DNA of 61,861 nt, filler included, from Squatina squatina (GCA_031763465.1; 3 parts of 3 records of this genome joined end to end with filler, not necessarily neighbours in it); one strand, 5' to 3'. Positions 23,968 to 37,000 are shown, counted from the whole stretch's first letter. The notes: a model not told the origin generated them from the sequence alone. Numbers and translations are program-made.

Positions 23968-24035
23968 GCCCTGGGGTTGAACTCACAACCTGCTGATTAA
24001 GAGACAAGTGCTCAATCACTTGGACTGTTTGATAC
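23968..24035 (-). pseudogene. Decayed tRNA-Lys(CTT)-like sequence or isolated SINE head
   Basis: rc GAGCACTTGTCTCTTAATCAGCAGGTTGTGAGTTCAACCCC resembles tRNA-Lys GAGCATGAGACTCTTAATCTCAGGGTCGTGGGTTCGAGCCCC; stems broken. Confidence 0.5.
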
Positions 24036-24944
24036 TAGTTTTTTATTTTTATGTTTCACAACTACTGAAATTTGTACAACACTTACTTTCCCTACAGTTG
24101 CCATTTCATTCGTGCTGCATTTTTGAATTAATGCAGTACATTTGCTGCCGTGTTTTACACAGTTAAAATTAAATTCCTTTCAATGTATACGTGTGTACTC
24201 CGTTTCAAAAGTTGATGCTAAACAAATTTGGAAATATAAAACTTGAGGGAGTTAGTTGGAATTTCCAATTTATCAATATGCACTTCTCCCTGGTACCAAC
24301 TTCATGCTTCGTTGTTGGAATTTGATCGTTTATTCGGTACATCACAGCAACGTAGAGTTAAAATATTATACAGAATGAACAATTATAATATAAGCAGATC
24401 TAGTTCATTACATTTAATAGAAGGTTCTCCATTCTTAGTATATCCTGTAATGTCTGGGAGATTAAGAGGAAATGTTTGATATGTAATAGCGAAAAAAATA
24501 TAAAAATGACCAATTGAATGACTAATATTAATAGGCGAATAATTTTGCATATTTAAAATAGAAATGTAATGTACTGTAGATGATATATACACACCTCAAG
24601 AAGGCTTTACAAATGCAAAGTGCGTGTTTTGGCAACTTTTATTATTTCCAAATTAGACACCAGCTGTGTTTGCTTCTTCCTTATCAAAATATTCGATATA
24701 GAGCTTTGTGGATTATTGTGTAGACCTGCTCTTTCATATAGAGTGATGAGTTACTACCTATGGTGACAAATTCCTGTGGAGAAATAGAATTGAAATTTCT
24801 GTGGCATACATCTACGAGAGAAATGATTATAGTGAAGGTAATTGCATTGCAAATGCAGCAAGTGATCTTTGGAAAACTTATAACATTTTCCAGATTCATT
24901 CAAATACAGAGTGATTTAATGGAGTAAATCCTAATTTTTTTAAA

Positions 24945-25150
24945 CAGTTTGGAGTTCCCTCCCTTAACCTCTCCACCTCTCTCCTCCTTTAAGACCATCA
25001 TTAAAACCTGCCTTTTGACCAAGACTTTGGCCATCGACCCTAATATTTCCTTTGAATCGGCCCCAGTTTTTGTCTGATAATGCTTCAGTGAAGTGCCTTG
25101 GGGAGTTTTACTACATTAAAGGTGCGATATAAATACAAGTTGCTGTTGTT
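24945..25150 (+). mobile_element. L2-type LINE 3' end
   Basis: CTCCTCCTTTAAGACC..TTAAAACC..TTTGACCAAG..GTGAAGTGCCTTGGG..GCGATATAAATACAAGTTGCTGTTGTT. Confidence 0.75.
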
Positions 25151-25169
25151 GATACACAAGGTATCGCAG

Positions 25170-25232
25170 TTGTGTGGACAGGCTCGATGAACCAGAGGGT
25201 CTTCACCCGTCTGCCATTGTTCGTATGTTCGG
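25170..25232 (+). mobile_element. CR1-type 3' tail
   Basis: GGACAGGCTCGATGAACCAGAGGGTCTT..CCGTCTGCCATTGTTCGTATGTTC. Confidence 0.6.
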
Positions 25233-25657
25233 AATCCTTTTTTGCTTTGTGGGGAATTTTAAGGTCACTGATAGCTACCAGGAATCTACATCCATGCTTG
25301 AAGTCTGATGTCAATTTCTACAAAGCAAATCTTCCAATTGCAGGGTCAACATTCACTCTCGCTGTCGTTGTGATGAGCGGTTTTAATATACTGTCAAAAA
25401 ATATTCTTTCAGCAGTGAGACTGAACGGTCAGTTATAGTTTAGTCAACACAGTAGTTGAATAGAGAACTAAAATTTACCTGACCAGCGTAGATTGAGGCA
25501 CATTTCTGGTTGGTCTGAGTTCCCCAGCTGCTGATTAGGGATAATTAGGCCCCTGTCAATGAGTCGGCCAAGCCTGGCGATAGCCTTCTTGTGTCAGTGT
25601 CTGAATCAATCCATTGTAAAGTTTTCTGGGAGCCTCTTTCCTCTCTGATTGTGTGAT

Positions 25658-25829
25658 GGTAATGTATAGACAATGTACAGGTAATGAACAGGTAATGCAC
25701 AGACAATGTACAGGTAATGAACAGGTAATGTACAGGTAATGTACGGGTAATGTATAGTTATGTACAGGTAGTGAACAGTTAATGTACAGGCAATATACAG
25801 GTAATTTACAGGTAATGCACAGGTAATGT
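25658..25829 (+). repeat. Minisatellite, 11-bp unit GTAATGTACAG, about 15-16 degenerate copies
   Basis: Direct reading: GTAATGAACAG, GTAATGCACAG, ACAATGTACAG and similar units. Confidence 0.95.
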
Positions 25830-25967
25830 CTTAATAGGCGCCATTAAGGGAAAATTGATATCAGGAGCAGAATGGAATGAGGAACTTGTTCGCGACCCGC
25901 CACGACAACCATCCGCACCTGACCCGCCCAGGTACAGATAATTCCAGCTGAAGATTCAAAGACAGGA

Positions 25968-26190
25968 GTGCTGGACTGGAAAAAGCCAAAGGTGAGTGAG
26001 ATAAGAAGAGGTCTGTCCCAAATTACATGGAATGCGTCAAAAAATAGAATTCATGGAGAAAGAGAGATTAAAACTAAACTGAAATTTAAAAGGGAAGTAT
26101 ATGATAACATTAAGGTTAACAAGAAGAAAGAAAACTTGGAGAGGTGCAAAGGGATATTAATAGAGTTAAGTAGAAATATAAAATAATGCT
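25968..26190 (+). mobile_element. Decayed CR1 ORF2 linker region
   Basis: LDWKKPKVSEIRRGLSQITW and a K/R-rich continuation resemble the CR1 endonuclease-RT linker. Confidence 0.45.
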
Positions 26191-28804
26191 AGCAGGGGGG
26201 ATGAAAGTTAGTCCTGCTGGGTGGGTGCTGAGTGCTGAATCTGAGAGNNNNNNNNNNNNNNNNNNNNNNNNNNNNNNNNNNNNNNNNNNNNNNNNNNNNN
26301 NNNNNNNNNNNNNNNNNNNNNNNNNNNNNNNNNNNNNNNNNNNNNNNGGACACAGCCGTTTACCTAAGTCCAAAAAGCAGAGGCATAAGTTGGCGAGATC
26401 CAATGGTTATGGACTCACAGGGGCCCCCTGCTGGAGTTTAAACAGCTATAATTGAGCAACCTACCATGAGAGCATTGGTCAGCTTCGCACAGCTTGTCCA
26501 CCCAAGACCACCTCCTGTGGATTTGCCACGCTATCTAGAGCGGAGTGGGAAGAATCCCAATCCTCAGTGACAGGATTGCTTCGCCTGGTCCCGGTAATGA
26601 GCGAGGCTGCCTAAACAATTATCAACAGACCTGCCTGGCGCACCCTATACATTCCTCACAAGATGGAATCCAAGCTTTTTTTTGTGATTATTCGGTTGAC
26701 ATCCAATATACATACCTCGACAATTCACAGAACCATCTTAAAAATCACTGACATCAGCAAGGTTCTTTGGTTGTATTTAGTCAAGGACAACTGCACATTT
26801 GTTGTGCTAGATGGCAGTCTACGGGATAAGTTAACAACTTGAAATGAATTTTCCCATTAAATTAATGGAGAAACAAATTTGATATGAGTCTGGTAAGTAT
26901 ATGTATGATAAAAAATACCAAAATTAATTTTTGAGCTAAATTTTCTCAAATCATGAGAACATCATGGATTTCAGATAAAGGTACAAAGAAGATGATACAA
27001 CTACTAGGATAGCACTGTTTGATAAGCAGAATATGTTTAATGCTTGATTCATACTATTATTAATTATTTCAACGCTAATTTCAAAAAGGAAGAAGTGAAT
27101 ATCTTTAATAAATGCACAATTCACATTAGAACGTAAGAAAGTATGGAACAAGAAAAGGTTGTTTAAAAGCCCTCAATCTGGCTCTTTCGAATATAAAGTA
27201 TGTTCAACTTGCACTGTCAAGGACTCTTCCCCCAAATTTTATGTTCTAAGGGAGCTGCGTAACCAAAAGCAAACCTTATGAAAATAGAGCACTGTTTGAA
27301 ATTTCCCTTTGACCTCCAAAAGGTAATCAAACAAAAATCTAGGATAAGACTAACATTATATTATACATAATTCAACTTGGCTCAATTTGTATTCCACAGA
27401 TGATATTGCCTTGGGTCCCACAGGACCAGAATCATAGTGTTCCATGGTGTATTTGATCAGTTANNNNNNNNNNNNNNNNNNNNNNNNNNNNNNNNNNNNN
27501 NNNNNNNNNNNNNNNNNNNNNNNNNNNNNNNNNNNNNNNNNNNNNNNNNNNNNNNNNNNNNNNAAACTGCTATGTATTTGAAGTGAATAAGTACTAGAAT
27601 TACAATTTTCTTCATCTCCGTGCCTATTGGTATGAAGAATTAATGATTATTGCTACTGAATAATAATAAGTTTAAAAATTACTGGTTTGTTCATCGTTGC
27701 AGTGTAAGTCCATTCTGATCTATTTTCAGTACGTCTTGAGATTTGATCACAATGAAGCAGTTTAAGTTCTATTCAATGTTCCATACTTCTTACTGCAGTC
27801 AAAAACTCTGTGTTAATATTCCAGAAAATATTATTGAAAAACAAATTCGATTGTGACAAAATGTGACTAATTTGATAAATCACAAATATGCCCAATGCAA
27901 TCAATCAGTGGTACTACATCTAGAATAATGGATGCCTGGGCGTGATTACAAGACCATAATCTAATTGAAAGGCTCAAATGATGCCATAAACTGCAAGATT
28001 GAAGCTTGAGTGATTTACGACCACCATCTAAACCTTCTCATTAGGTTAGTGGCTGGAAATAACTCTAGGCCATCGTCTGCTGTTTTTCCATAATATATCT
28101 AACTAATTCTATGGGGTTGCTTTATTCAGCTAGAGGTCTGTTCTTGCGCTGGCAGCAGGTGTTGGCATGGGTGCTGACTGCTAGTTCATTTTGTATGGTT
28201 AATACATGACAACAGTCACACTGAAGGATTAATGATTGCAATATTATTACTGCAGAAATAATTAGCAATTTATATCCCATGGCCAGTGTATATGACAGCT
28301 CCATGCTGTATCCAGTAATTTAAAGACCACATGCTTCACGCTCCAGGAGAGAAACATAAANNNNNNNNNNNNNNNNNNNNNNNNNNNNNNNNNNNNNNNN
28401 NNNNNNNNNNNNNNNNNNNNNNNNNNNNNNNNNNNNNNNNNNNNNNNNNNNNNNNNNNNNTAAATCATAGAATTTAGCCTAATGTATAGAGTATTCTTAC
28501 TGCTTCAAATGTGTCAGACAGAAACGTTTTCAGAATGGGGCCACATCCTATGTGTTGCAGTAGACTGTAGCATCTGAACAACCTGCTTCCTTTTATCGCC
28601 ATCACTGACCGTTCTTTAAGAAGCGGTGTCAGAGGAAATAAAGGGCCTTTTTAATCCTTCCACCACATCTGCAGCTTAGCAGGGTGCAAAAGCGGGAAGA
28701 AATATTTTATTGCCAGTGGCTCCCGAGGGTTCTCTCCACAGCTGCCAAAGAGAACGGCTGCCGCAGCTTTGAAGAGCTGCTCAGAATACAGAAGCAAATT
28801 TTAA

Positions 28805-29220
28805 AATTTAATTCCCAGGATGTGGTCCTCGCTGGAAGGCCAGCATTTATTGTTGCATCCCTAGTTGCCCTGATAAGGGGTGATAGGCTTTCTTCTTGAA
28901 CAACGCAATGTAGCGGTTTGATCCAATGAGTAGCTTGCTAGGCCAAATCAGAGGGCAGTTAAGAGTCGACCATGTTGTTGTGGGACTGGAGTCACATTTA
29001 GCCAGGTCTGTTAAGGATGGCAGGTTTCCTTTCCTAAAGGAACCCATTGGACTTTTATAACAATCCACCAGCTTCACTGTTACTTTTACTGATGCCAGCT
29101 TTTTAAACTGAATTCACATTCATGAACTGCCATGCTCGGATTTGAAATCACGTTCTCTACGTTATTAGTTCAGGCTTTCGATTACTAGTCTAGTAACATA
29201 ACCACTACAGTATCGTACCC
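28805..29220 (-). mobile_element. Full-length tRNA-headed SINE-like element with LINE-derived tail
   Basis: rc begins GGGTACGATACTGTAGTGGTTATGTTACTAGACTAGT (A box), TTCAAATCC (B box); body as 20006-20122, tail as 3693-3758. Confidence 0.85.
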
Positions 29221-29639
29221 ATTAGTGATGTGCTGTTATGTATTAGGATTGAGGTTTTGAGTTTGCCTTGTACAAACTACGGCAGCTTAATTGTGGGAGT
29301 ATAAAATCATGTGATCTTTGTAAGCCCGCCTCTCTTTCTCCGGCACTCTTCTTCTCACCTGTGTTCAGGTGATCTTGGAGTTCCAGCCCGGAGCTCAGAG
29401 CAGGGCCAGTTGATGTCAAGTCAATTGTACAGTTACCTAGCCTGGACCCAGCCTTAGTCTAGTGCTGGAGAGGTTTGCTATTTAACAATACACCGTTGTT
29501 TCAAGCTGCTGAATCATCTCAATTCATTTTCCAGCTCCACCCAAGAAACCCACGTGCCATGCATGGAAGTAACCCACGACGCCTAACCCACAAGANNNNN
29601 NNNNNNNNNNNNNNNNNNNNNNNNNNNNNNNNNNNNNNN

Positions 29640-29651
29640 TTAATTAATTAA
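29640..29651. other. Artificial scaffold linker TTAATTAATTAA within a 44N+12+44N gap
   Basis: Six-frame stop palindrome centred in a 100-nt gap; identical structure at 47591-47602. Confidence 0.95.
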
Positions 29652-29866
29652 NNNNNNNNNNNNNNNNNNNNNNNNNNNNNNNNNNNNNNNNNNNNTAATA
29701 AAGAAAACCACACAAACACCTTCTCAATGACATCTGTTATCCACAATATAATACGCATGTGACACACTACACCACACCTTAACACACAAGTCCCAAATAC
29801 ATTGTTTCCTTAACCCATGCAAGATAGAAAGTCAATAAGCTACGCACGGTTATTTCTTTCACTTAC

Positions 29867-29942
29867 CTTTGATCTTAATAGTTCTGCTATGAACAGCTGG
29901 GAAGAATAACTGCTCTTCCCAGGTGTTAGGACAATAGCACAC
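29867..29942 (-). CDS. Possible internal exon of an unidentified gene
   Basis: CAG|GTG acceptor, AAG|GTAAGT donor, upstream pyrimidine tract; open as VCYCPNTWEEQLFFPAVHSRTIKIK; no recognised homolog. Confidence 0.25.
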
Positions 29943-32784
29943 CTGCATGTGATCCTTGAACTTCAAAGGGATCATGTTGTTCATTGAAAAGAGAAAGAAA
30001 TAAACCATTATGGGCAGCATCCAGAGAACAAGTCTGTTTTTAACTGCTACAATGATTTTGTGATTCAACTCTCGTACTCAGCAAGCTTTGTACCACAACT
30101 AATCATTACACTTGTAAAAAAACAAAGCTGCCCTTTCAGCTCTGTGATTCAGCAGTACACAAGCAGCTATTTAACTAGCATCTCTGTGCTGTCTGGGTAT
30201 GATAAAAGATTTAGAATAAGCAAATATCTATTTCTATATTCAGGTAACAATATGTACACTCTTCACACTTATTAATAGTCCTGCATGATGGGTCTTGGCA
30301 CTTCTCTTAAGTTTCTCATTTAAAAAGTATCAAAGATTTACACAAAGTCTCCTAAAGAGTACTTTTCTGCTTATTTCCTTACTTTAAAAAACCTTGATTT
30401 GATTAGTTATTTATCTTTCCTTTCCTGCCCCCTTCCCACATAATACATCATTCTTCAGTCAAGGGACTGGTTAAACAATCTGCTCCAAAAACTCTGTCCA
30501 AAGGCTCAAAGGGACGTGATCCCTTCATTCACTGCAGGGAAGCACCTCGTCTTTGCTCAGTACCTCTCCTGATGACAAGCAAGGTCAAGATTTGGGAGCT
30601 GGTGGGTGAGGATTTACAAATGCTAACTAGGTCCCTGCTACTCAACCGTACAATAACACCTCGACAGCCTGGGAGCCTCAGCAGAACATACTTTGGATCA
30701 AAGTATCTTCACAGTTAAATTGTTTCCATATCTTCCTTGCTGTGTGTGAACCCAGAAAAAAATATGTAGGGAATCTTCCAAAGAAATCTNNNNNNNNNNN
30801 NNNNNNNNNNNNNNNNNNNNNNNNNNNNNNNNNNNNNNNNNNNNNNNNNNNNNNNNNNNNNNNNNNNNNNNNNNNNNNNNNNNNNNNNNGGAGCAAAGTT
30901 TGAATGTCCTATCGATACTGCCCAAAACCAAACCAAGCTTTTAACTCACTTTCTGTAAAGTATTGTTTTAAGTAATATTTTGTCAAATAAGAAGAATGCT
31001 TAAAAATAAATGTTCTTAGAGCTTGTGACAATGTTCCTCAGAGGACAGCATTGTGAAACCAAAGCATTACATTTTATTGTGATTCGAGCAGATGTTTTGC
31101 AGGGTTGATTCTGGTACATTACTGGGTCATTTGTTCTTAACTATCTGCATCAGTTTATGTGTTCCCATAGTACCAAACAATTTCATTTACAAAGTATCCA
31201 TTTCTAAAGTGATTTGAATCACCGGTAATGCAGGAAATCTTGTTACAATTAAAACATTATCTGAATGATTTCCTTCTGCACAATCTGCTGAGATACTGAT
31301 TGGCCACAAGCAAGCAATCTAGCCTGTTATTAGTGACAGTCCCATTGAGAGCCATCAGTCAATCAACAGAAGCCTATTTTCTTTATGTCAGCAATCCTGG
31401 GAGATGGAACATTTGTCTTTGCTTATTTTGTTGAAGGAATTACTTTACATCTCATGATTAGCTTTGATGCTTAGAAGGTTGGGAGCATAGAGGGGAAAAA
31501 ATGATTAGAATGTCTCTCGTGCACACCCACCTTTGGGTGAACATGTGTTCTTACCACCTGATTAGCAGAGTATCTTAAGTGTTTGAGCTGTTCAAGAGCC
31601 TGCAGTTACCGCTGTCAATTTCCCGACAGTTGACTCTTGGCAGCAGGGAAGAGATTAACAGCAGGATGGATGTGAAGCTCCAATTGGTGGAACACAAGGA
31701 TAGGAAAGAGATATCCTGAAGGAAAATTGTAGGACTGCATTCCTTTGGCAAGGAGGGAATTGGGGGCGGGGTGGATGAGGGAATTAGTAGATAGATATAA
31801 GCAATAGTTGGTTATTTATTAACTGCTTGTACTGAACCTTGATGAAATATTGAATTCAACCCTGGGTCACTTTTTGTGTTTGCACACTATCGCAGCAGTC
31901 CTGAAGCTGTTAGAATGCCTTACAATTCTGAACTTAAATACCTATGAAGTAGCACAAGGCAAGACTTATCTAACCTCACCACCAGGCAATGCCTGTTCTA
32001 AGTAAGCACCATCAAGCTCATTGTATCTCTGACATTTATATAATGACAAAGATTGCAGTCATTATATAATTATATATATGATTGTCAGCATTAATATCTT
32101 ACTCAGCAAGTGGATCAGTGTTGTCCCAATGTTTAACAAAGCAAAGAGTTTCAGCAATTGCTCAATGCCTTTGTAAATTAAAGGGACGTGTAAGTCGCAC
32201 ACACTCCTGCCCAACCTGGGATCTTCCTGTGCGATCGACAGCGGCCCGGACACTCGTACCTTTATGTATATAGGCAGAGAGCCGTCGGCTGTCTGGTGNN
32301 NNNNNNNNNNNNNNNNNNNNNNNNNNNNNNNNNNNNNNNNNNNNNNNNNNNNNNNNNNNNNNNNNNNNNNNNNNNNNNNNNNNNNNNNNNNNNNNNNNNN
32401 NNNNNNNNNNNNNNNNNNNNNNNNNNNNNNNNNNNNNNNNNNNNNNNNNNNNNNNNNNNNNNNNNNNNNNNNNNNNNNNNNNNNNNNNNNNNNNNNNNNN
32501 NNNNNNNNNNNNNNNNNNNNNNNNNNNNNNNNNNNNNNNNNNNNNNNNNNNNNNNNNNNNNNNNNNNNNNNNNNNNNNNNNNNNNNNNNNNNNNNNNNNN
32601 NNNNNNNNNNNNNNNACAGAGTATGTACAATCAAGCCAGTGAAACCAAGGTACTGATGCATTCAGTGGAATCTCATGCAAGCCCTGGCAAATTATTCATT
32701 GACCTCACAAAATATGGTTTGCATAATGACAATTCTTCCTTTAAGTTTCAGTGCTGGTGCAGAAGGCATTTGATGGATCTTTTT

Positions 32785-32950
32785 ACATAGAATTACATTA
32801 CATAGGATATATGACACAAACAGGCCGTTTGGCCCAACCAGTCCATGCCAGTATTTATGCTCCACTCGAGCCCCCTCCCATCTTTCCTCATCTAAATCTA
32901 TCAGCATAACCCTCCATTCACTCCTCCCTCATATGATTGTCTTGCCTTGC
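32785..32950 (-). mobile_element. CR1 LINE 3' tail
   Basis: ACATAGGATATATGACACAAACAGGCCGTTTGGCCCAACCAGTCCATGCCAG. Confidence 0.8.
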
Positions 32951-35900
32951 CTTTTTTAAGTAAAAATAATGATTTCAAATATTAGCTGAAACTAAAGTAA
33001 ACCTATTTCTTCATGAAAAAGCATTACTCCTTAATTTGTAAAAATGGCTTGAAAGACAGTAAGAAAATGACAACACGTAAACCACAGCAAAAAGACTCAC
33101 GCCTTAAATGTACAGGTAAATTCTGACTAATTTAGAAGAGCATTGTTTGTTGCTGTCAACTGTGACTGTATCAATAACACCAGCTTATCCAAGGTGGACA
33201 GATGCACCTATCTCAATGAGATCTACAACCATATTTAAATCCAGAGTTATCCATCTAATTTAGTCAATTTGTATTTGAACTAAATCATCTGACTAGCTTT
33301 CATACCCTGAGGAAGCCCAAAGCACAGGAATTATTTTCGCTGACACCGTTGTTCCACAATAAATAAATTGATCAATCCAAGATACATATAACACATAAGA
33401 GCTTACTGCTTGAAAAAGAGAAGGCATGGAAATTAATTTTCTTGGTGAATGATGCTGAATATCATTTCAGCGATCTGTGGCAATTTGAAGAGTAATAACA
33501 CCAACACTGGAACATATAGGCTTGTGTTTGAGATCTATGTTACATTGAGGTTGCAGGGCTAAAATATTAGAGCACTTTAGCAATCACCAGCCACACAGTC
33601 TGTTCTACCTCCAAGTTGCCATGCTGGTGCAGAAAGGTATTTGAATATCATTCAGTGACACTGAGAATTCATTCTCAGATTGACCCGTGCTGTTGACAGG
33701 ACCAGGCTGAAGTCTGGAAATAGTGTGGAAAACAGACAGGAGCAAATGGCAAGAATTCTTTTGTTCTGTCCTGCCTTATCTCATTCCCAAGTACATATAC
33801 GTATGTATATTAACCACATTGTTACTTGCCAATATTTTCCAGTAAATATGATTATTTTCATATGCACTTCAAAACAGCCACTCTCCCAAGGAAGAATATC
33901 TTTGTACTTGGCACTGAGTCACTTGCATTAACCACGTGTTGCTGTCAGATGTTGTTTATACCTCCCCGTGCCACTGTGAGGATGCTAAGCAAAGTCCAAA
34001 AANNNNNNNNNNNNNNNNNNNNNNNNNNNNNNNNNNNNNNNNNNNNNNNNNNNNNNNNNNNNNNNNNNNNNNNNNNNNNNNNNNNNNNNNNNNNNNNNNN
34101 NNACAGGGGCACATACAAAACGCAGGACAAAAGCTCTCCACACTCTATACCAGCTCTGCACCCAGCCAGCACTGTAACATGAACAGAATCGCCCTGGAGT
34201 TATTAATCATAACAGGCGCTCTCTCTATGGAACTGTTTTCTCATAACTACAATATGTAATTAATTCCTCTCAGACATTTCCTCAGAGAGAGATTTAACAG
34301 AATCTAATTACTATGACTTTTGGAGCTCGGCTAGCAGCTCCTCCCACATGCAGTAACTAACTCCCCCCTCACATGTCCTTCACACACCATTACACTCGCC
34401 AGCATCTACAGACATACACAAGGATGTGGCACCAACAGATTGAATGCATATGGCAGAACAGATTGCAACCCAAGCCCAACTTCCCCCGCAACTGAAGCAT
34501 CCTGAACAAGTTTATGTTTTAGAATGGACAGTGTAGGTCCTGGCATATGCTTAATAAGCCAGGCATGGGCAGAAAATAACCACTGACAACATTAATATGA
34601 AGGTAAATCTCAGAAATCTGTAGATGCCTCTTTACATTATGCAGGTAATTTATCCCGTAATATACTTCAAATCATTCTCTCAATAAGCCTAGAAGAATTA
34701 AAGTATGGTACAATATAATACCATTCAGAGAATGGCATTCAGAGAAGAAATGAGGGAGTAAATGGAAGTTTGACAAATTATAAACAGGTAAAAGTTCCAC
34801 ATAGTTGTTAAAGGGGTACAGTCAGCATGAACAAATGTTGGTTGTTTTCTTTTTGTTTAGGGAATGGAAAGAGCCAGAAGACATGTGTGCTCTTTTCACC
34901 ATACTGGGGTTATCTGCAAGTATCCTGATGTGATTTATAGCACAACAACACAGATTTATAAACAAATAGGTAAAGGTTTGCTAAACACTTTTAAATAAAG
35001 ACAGTGCCCCTTTAAATATTAGATACCGGGAAGTCAGGTAAAGACTAATACTAGTACTTAAGTGAGGGTTTCAGATAACATTTATAAACTGCTTGGGCTA
35101 CACTGTTTCTTTTTATGATGTCATCTGAACCCCCTCGATTAAGTTACAGTCTTGTAACTAGACGTTCAATTATTCTATAAATATATATATATAAAACTCA
35201 CTGCACATATTGCTGGTTGCATACACAATATGCTGTGGACTGTAGAGGAATAGGGACTTTGATCATGTGGATCCTGCTCACTATCCTACATAATACCATT
35301 TCATGCAGCTGAACATCAGGTACATTTGTTTATGTTTTGTCGCCGTAACTATATTGTGTAAATGGAGATAGCTCTCGATGTGACACAGCAAAATCAGACC
35401 CGACAGCACTGTGTGTAGCAGCAAGCAGCTCCGTGCTTGAGGTGACACCAGTTCAAAATCCTTACGTTAGACAAGTAACTGAAGCACACTTATAAATTTA
35501 TCCATGCATGTGTACAGAATTGCTTTCAAATCAGATCGTCAAACCAACTCCGATGCTATTCACACAGCCAAGCACTAAACTTGTTTCTACAATACTGTGA
35601 TAATGGTACCTCAATGCAAAAAAGACAGGATTCAATAGAGTACAATGATTAGCACAAGTAGATGAAAAAAAGTAAGGTTGTTTAATTATATCTTTAGAAA
35701 TCAAAAAAAAACCTCTCCCCTCGAACTCTACTGTTGAAATTCTACATCATCTAACTAAATTTTCTCCTTTACTTAAAGTAAAACAAGCCTGAAGCAATAG
35801 GTACAAATGTCATGTCACTGTGAGCTTTCTTTAACACAGATTTTCACAAAGGATTTCGTTATGGGCACAATAAGTACAAGCAAAGGAGCACTGCTGCTCC

Positions 35901-36659
35901 AGTTCATTTTAATAAAGCAGTGACCAACACTCAAGTCTGAGGGAAATATAAAGGAGAAAGCTCAGATAACATAAATAAGCATAGTAGACANNNNNNNNNN
36001 NNNNNNNNNNNNNNNNNNNNNNNNNNNNNNNNNNNNNNNNNNNNNNNNNNNNNNNNNNNNNNNNNNNNNNNNNNNNNNNNNNNNNNNNNNCTGTTGTTGC
36101 CTCGGGACTTTTACTTTCTTTTCTGGGTGAGGTGTCTGTAAAAAAGGGAGGAACAGTCTTCCACTAACAACCTCTACGGACCGACTACACAACACTGCTG
36201 AAACTCTTAAGTCATTCCATTCTAACTGTGAGAGTCATAGACAGGCAGGCAGATGCCGTAGAGGAGAGCTCTCAGAGGAACTCTGGATTGTGGTGGTGGT
36301 GGTGAGGGGGGGACCTCTGGGGGAGTTAATGACAGCCAATCAGAGTATGGAAACTTTGGAGCGACACTGAGAGCAGCACATGACTTGGCTGGAGATAGAG
36401 TTGGACAGACCAGGATTTAAAAACCAGTTTAGGCTGATCTATTATAAACGTACTCTAAAAATGGCTTTCAACAGATCAAACCAAAAGCTGTGTGCATGGG
36501 AGAAGGTATTTTTTTTTAACTCTTTGAGGCAATATGTAACAGTCAGTTTTCATAAAGGACATAAGTAATATGGCCAATTTCTCTTTTGGGAGTCGAAATA
36601 ACTTAAATTATTTTTATTTTCTCTTCCAATTTACCTCACTCTTCTGACTTTGCTGAGAT

Positions 36660-37000
36660 ATGGGACCACTCCTGCTAGCTAGCACCTGGTAACTCAACCA
36701 TTCTTCAGGCATGAGGCTAGATAGTGAGTGCTGACAGACTATTCAACCACAGGGGTCATCTCAGTGGAGCTTCTCACCTGATGTCATCACACAGATACTT
36801 TCCAGTGGGGGGCCATTGGTTAGTGATCTGGAATGAGGATCGTGGCCGATCACTTTTGTTTGATTAGCCCAAGATGCTGAGGGAATCTGTCATGTTGCCC
36901 TGGCCAAAATCAGTAAATTCAGCAAAGACCAGAGATTAAATCTGGGCCCTCCTGGTTTGTATAGCTTAATTCGACTCAAGGCAGCACACTACTCCACTGA
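36660..37000 (-). mobile_element. LmeSINE1-like SINE
   Basis: rc TCAGTGGAGTAGTGTGCTG..ATACAAACCAGGAGGGCCCAGATTTAATCTCTGGTCTTTGCTGAATTTACTGATTTTGGCCAGGGC; co-linear with 46275-46625. Confidence 0.55.

Noticed and set aside
24120-24915. AT-rich stretch that looked like a decayed viral or unknown ORF (PWYQLHASLLEFDRLFG; TTYGDKFLWRNRIEISVAYIYERNDY)
   Set aside because: Stop density in the best frame (4 in about 110 codons) is near random expectation and I recognise no motif. A tblastx or HMM search against viral proteins would settle it
25658-25829. CRISPR-like array
   Set aside because: Contiguous 11-bp units with no unique spacers, no cas genes, vertebrate context
32062-32790. Several 120-200 aa ORFs
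   Set aside because: Mostly X residues from the 317-N gap
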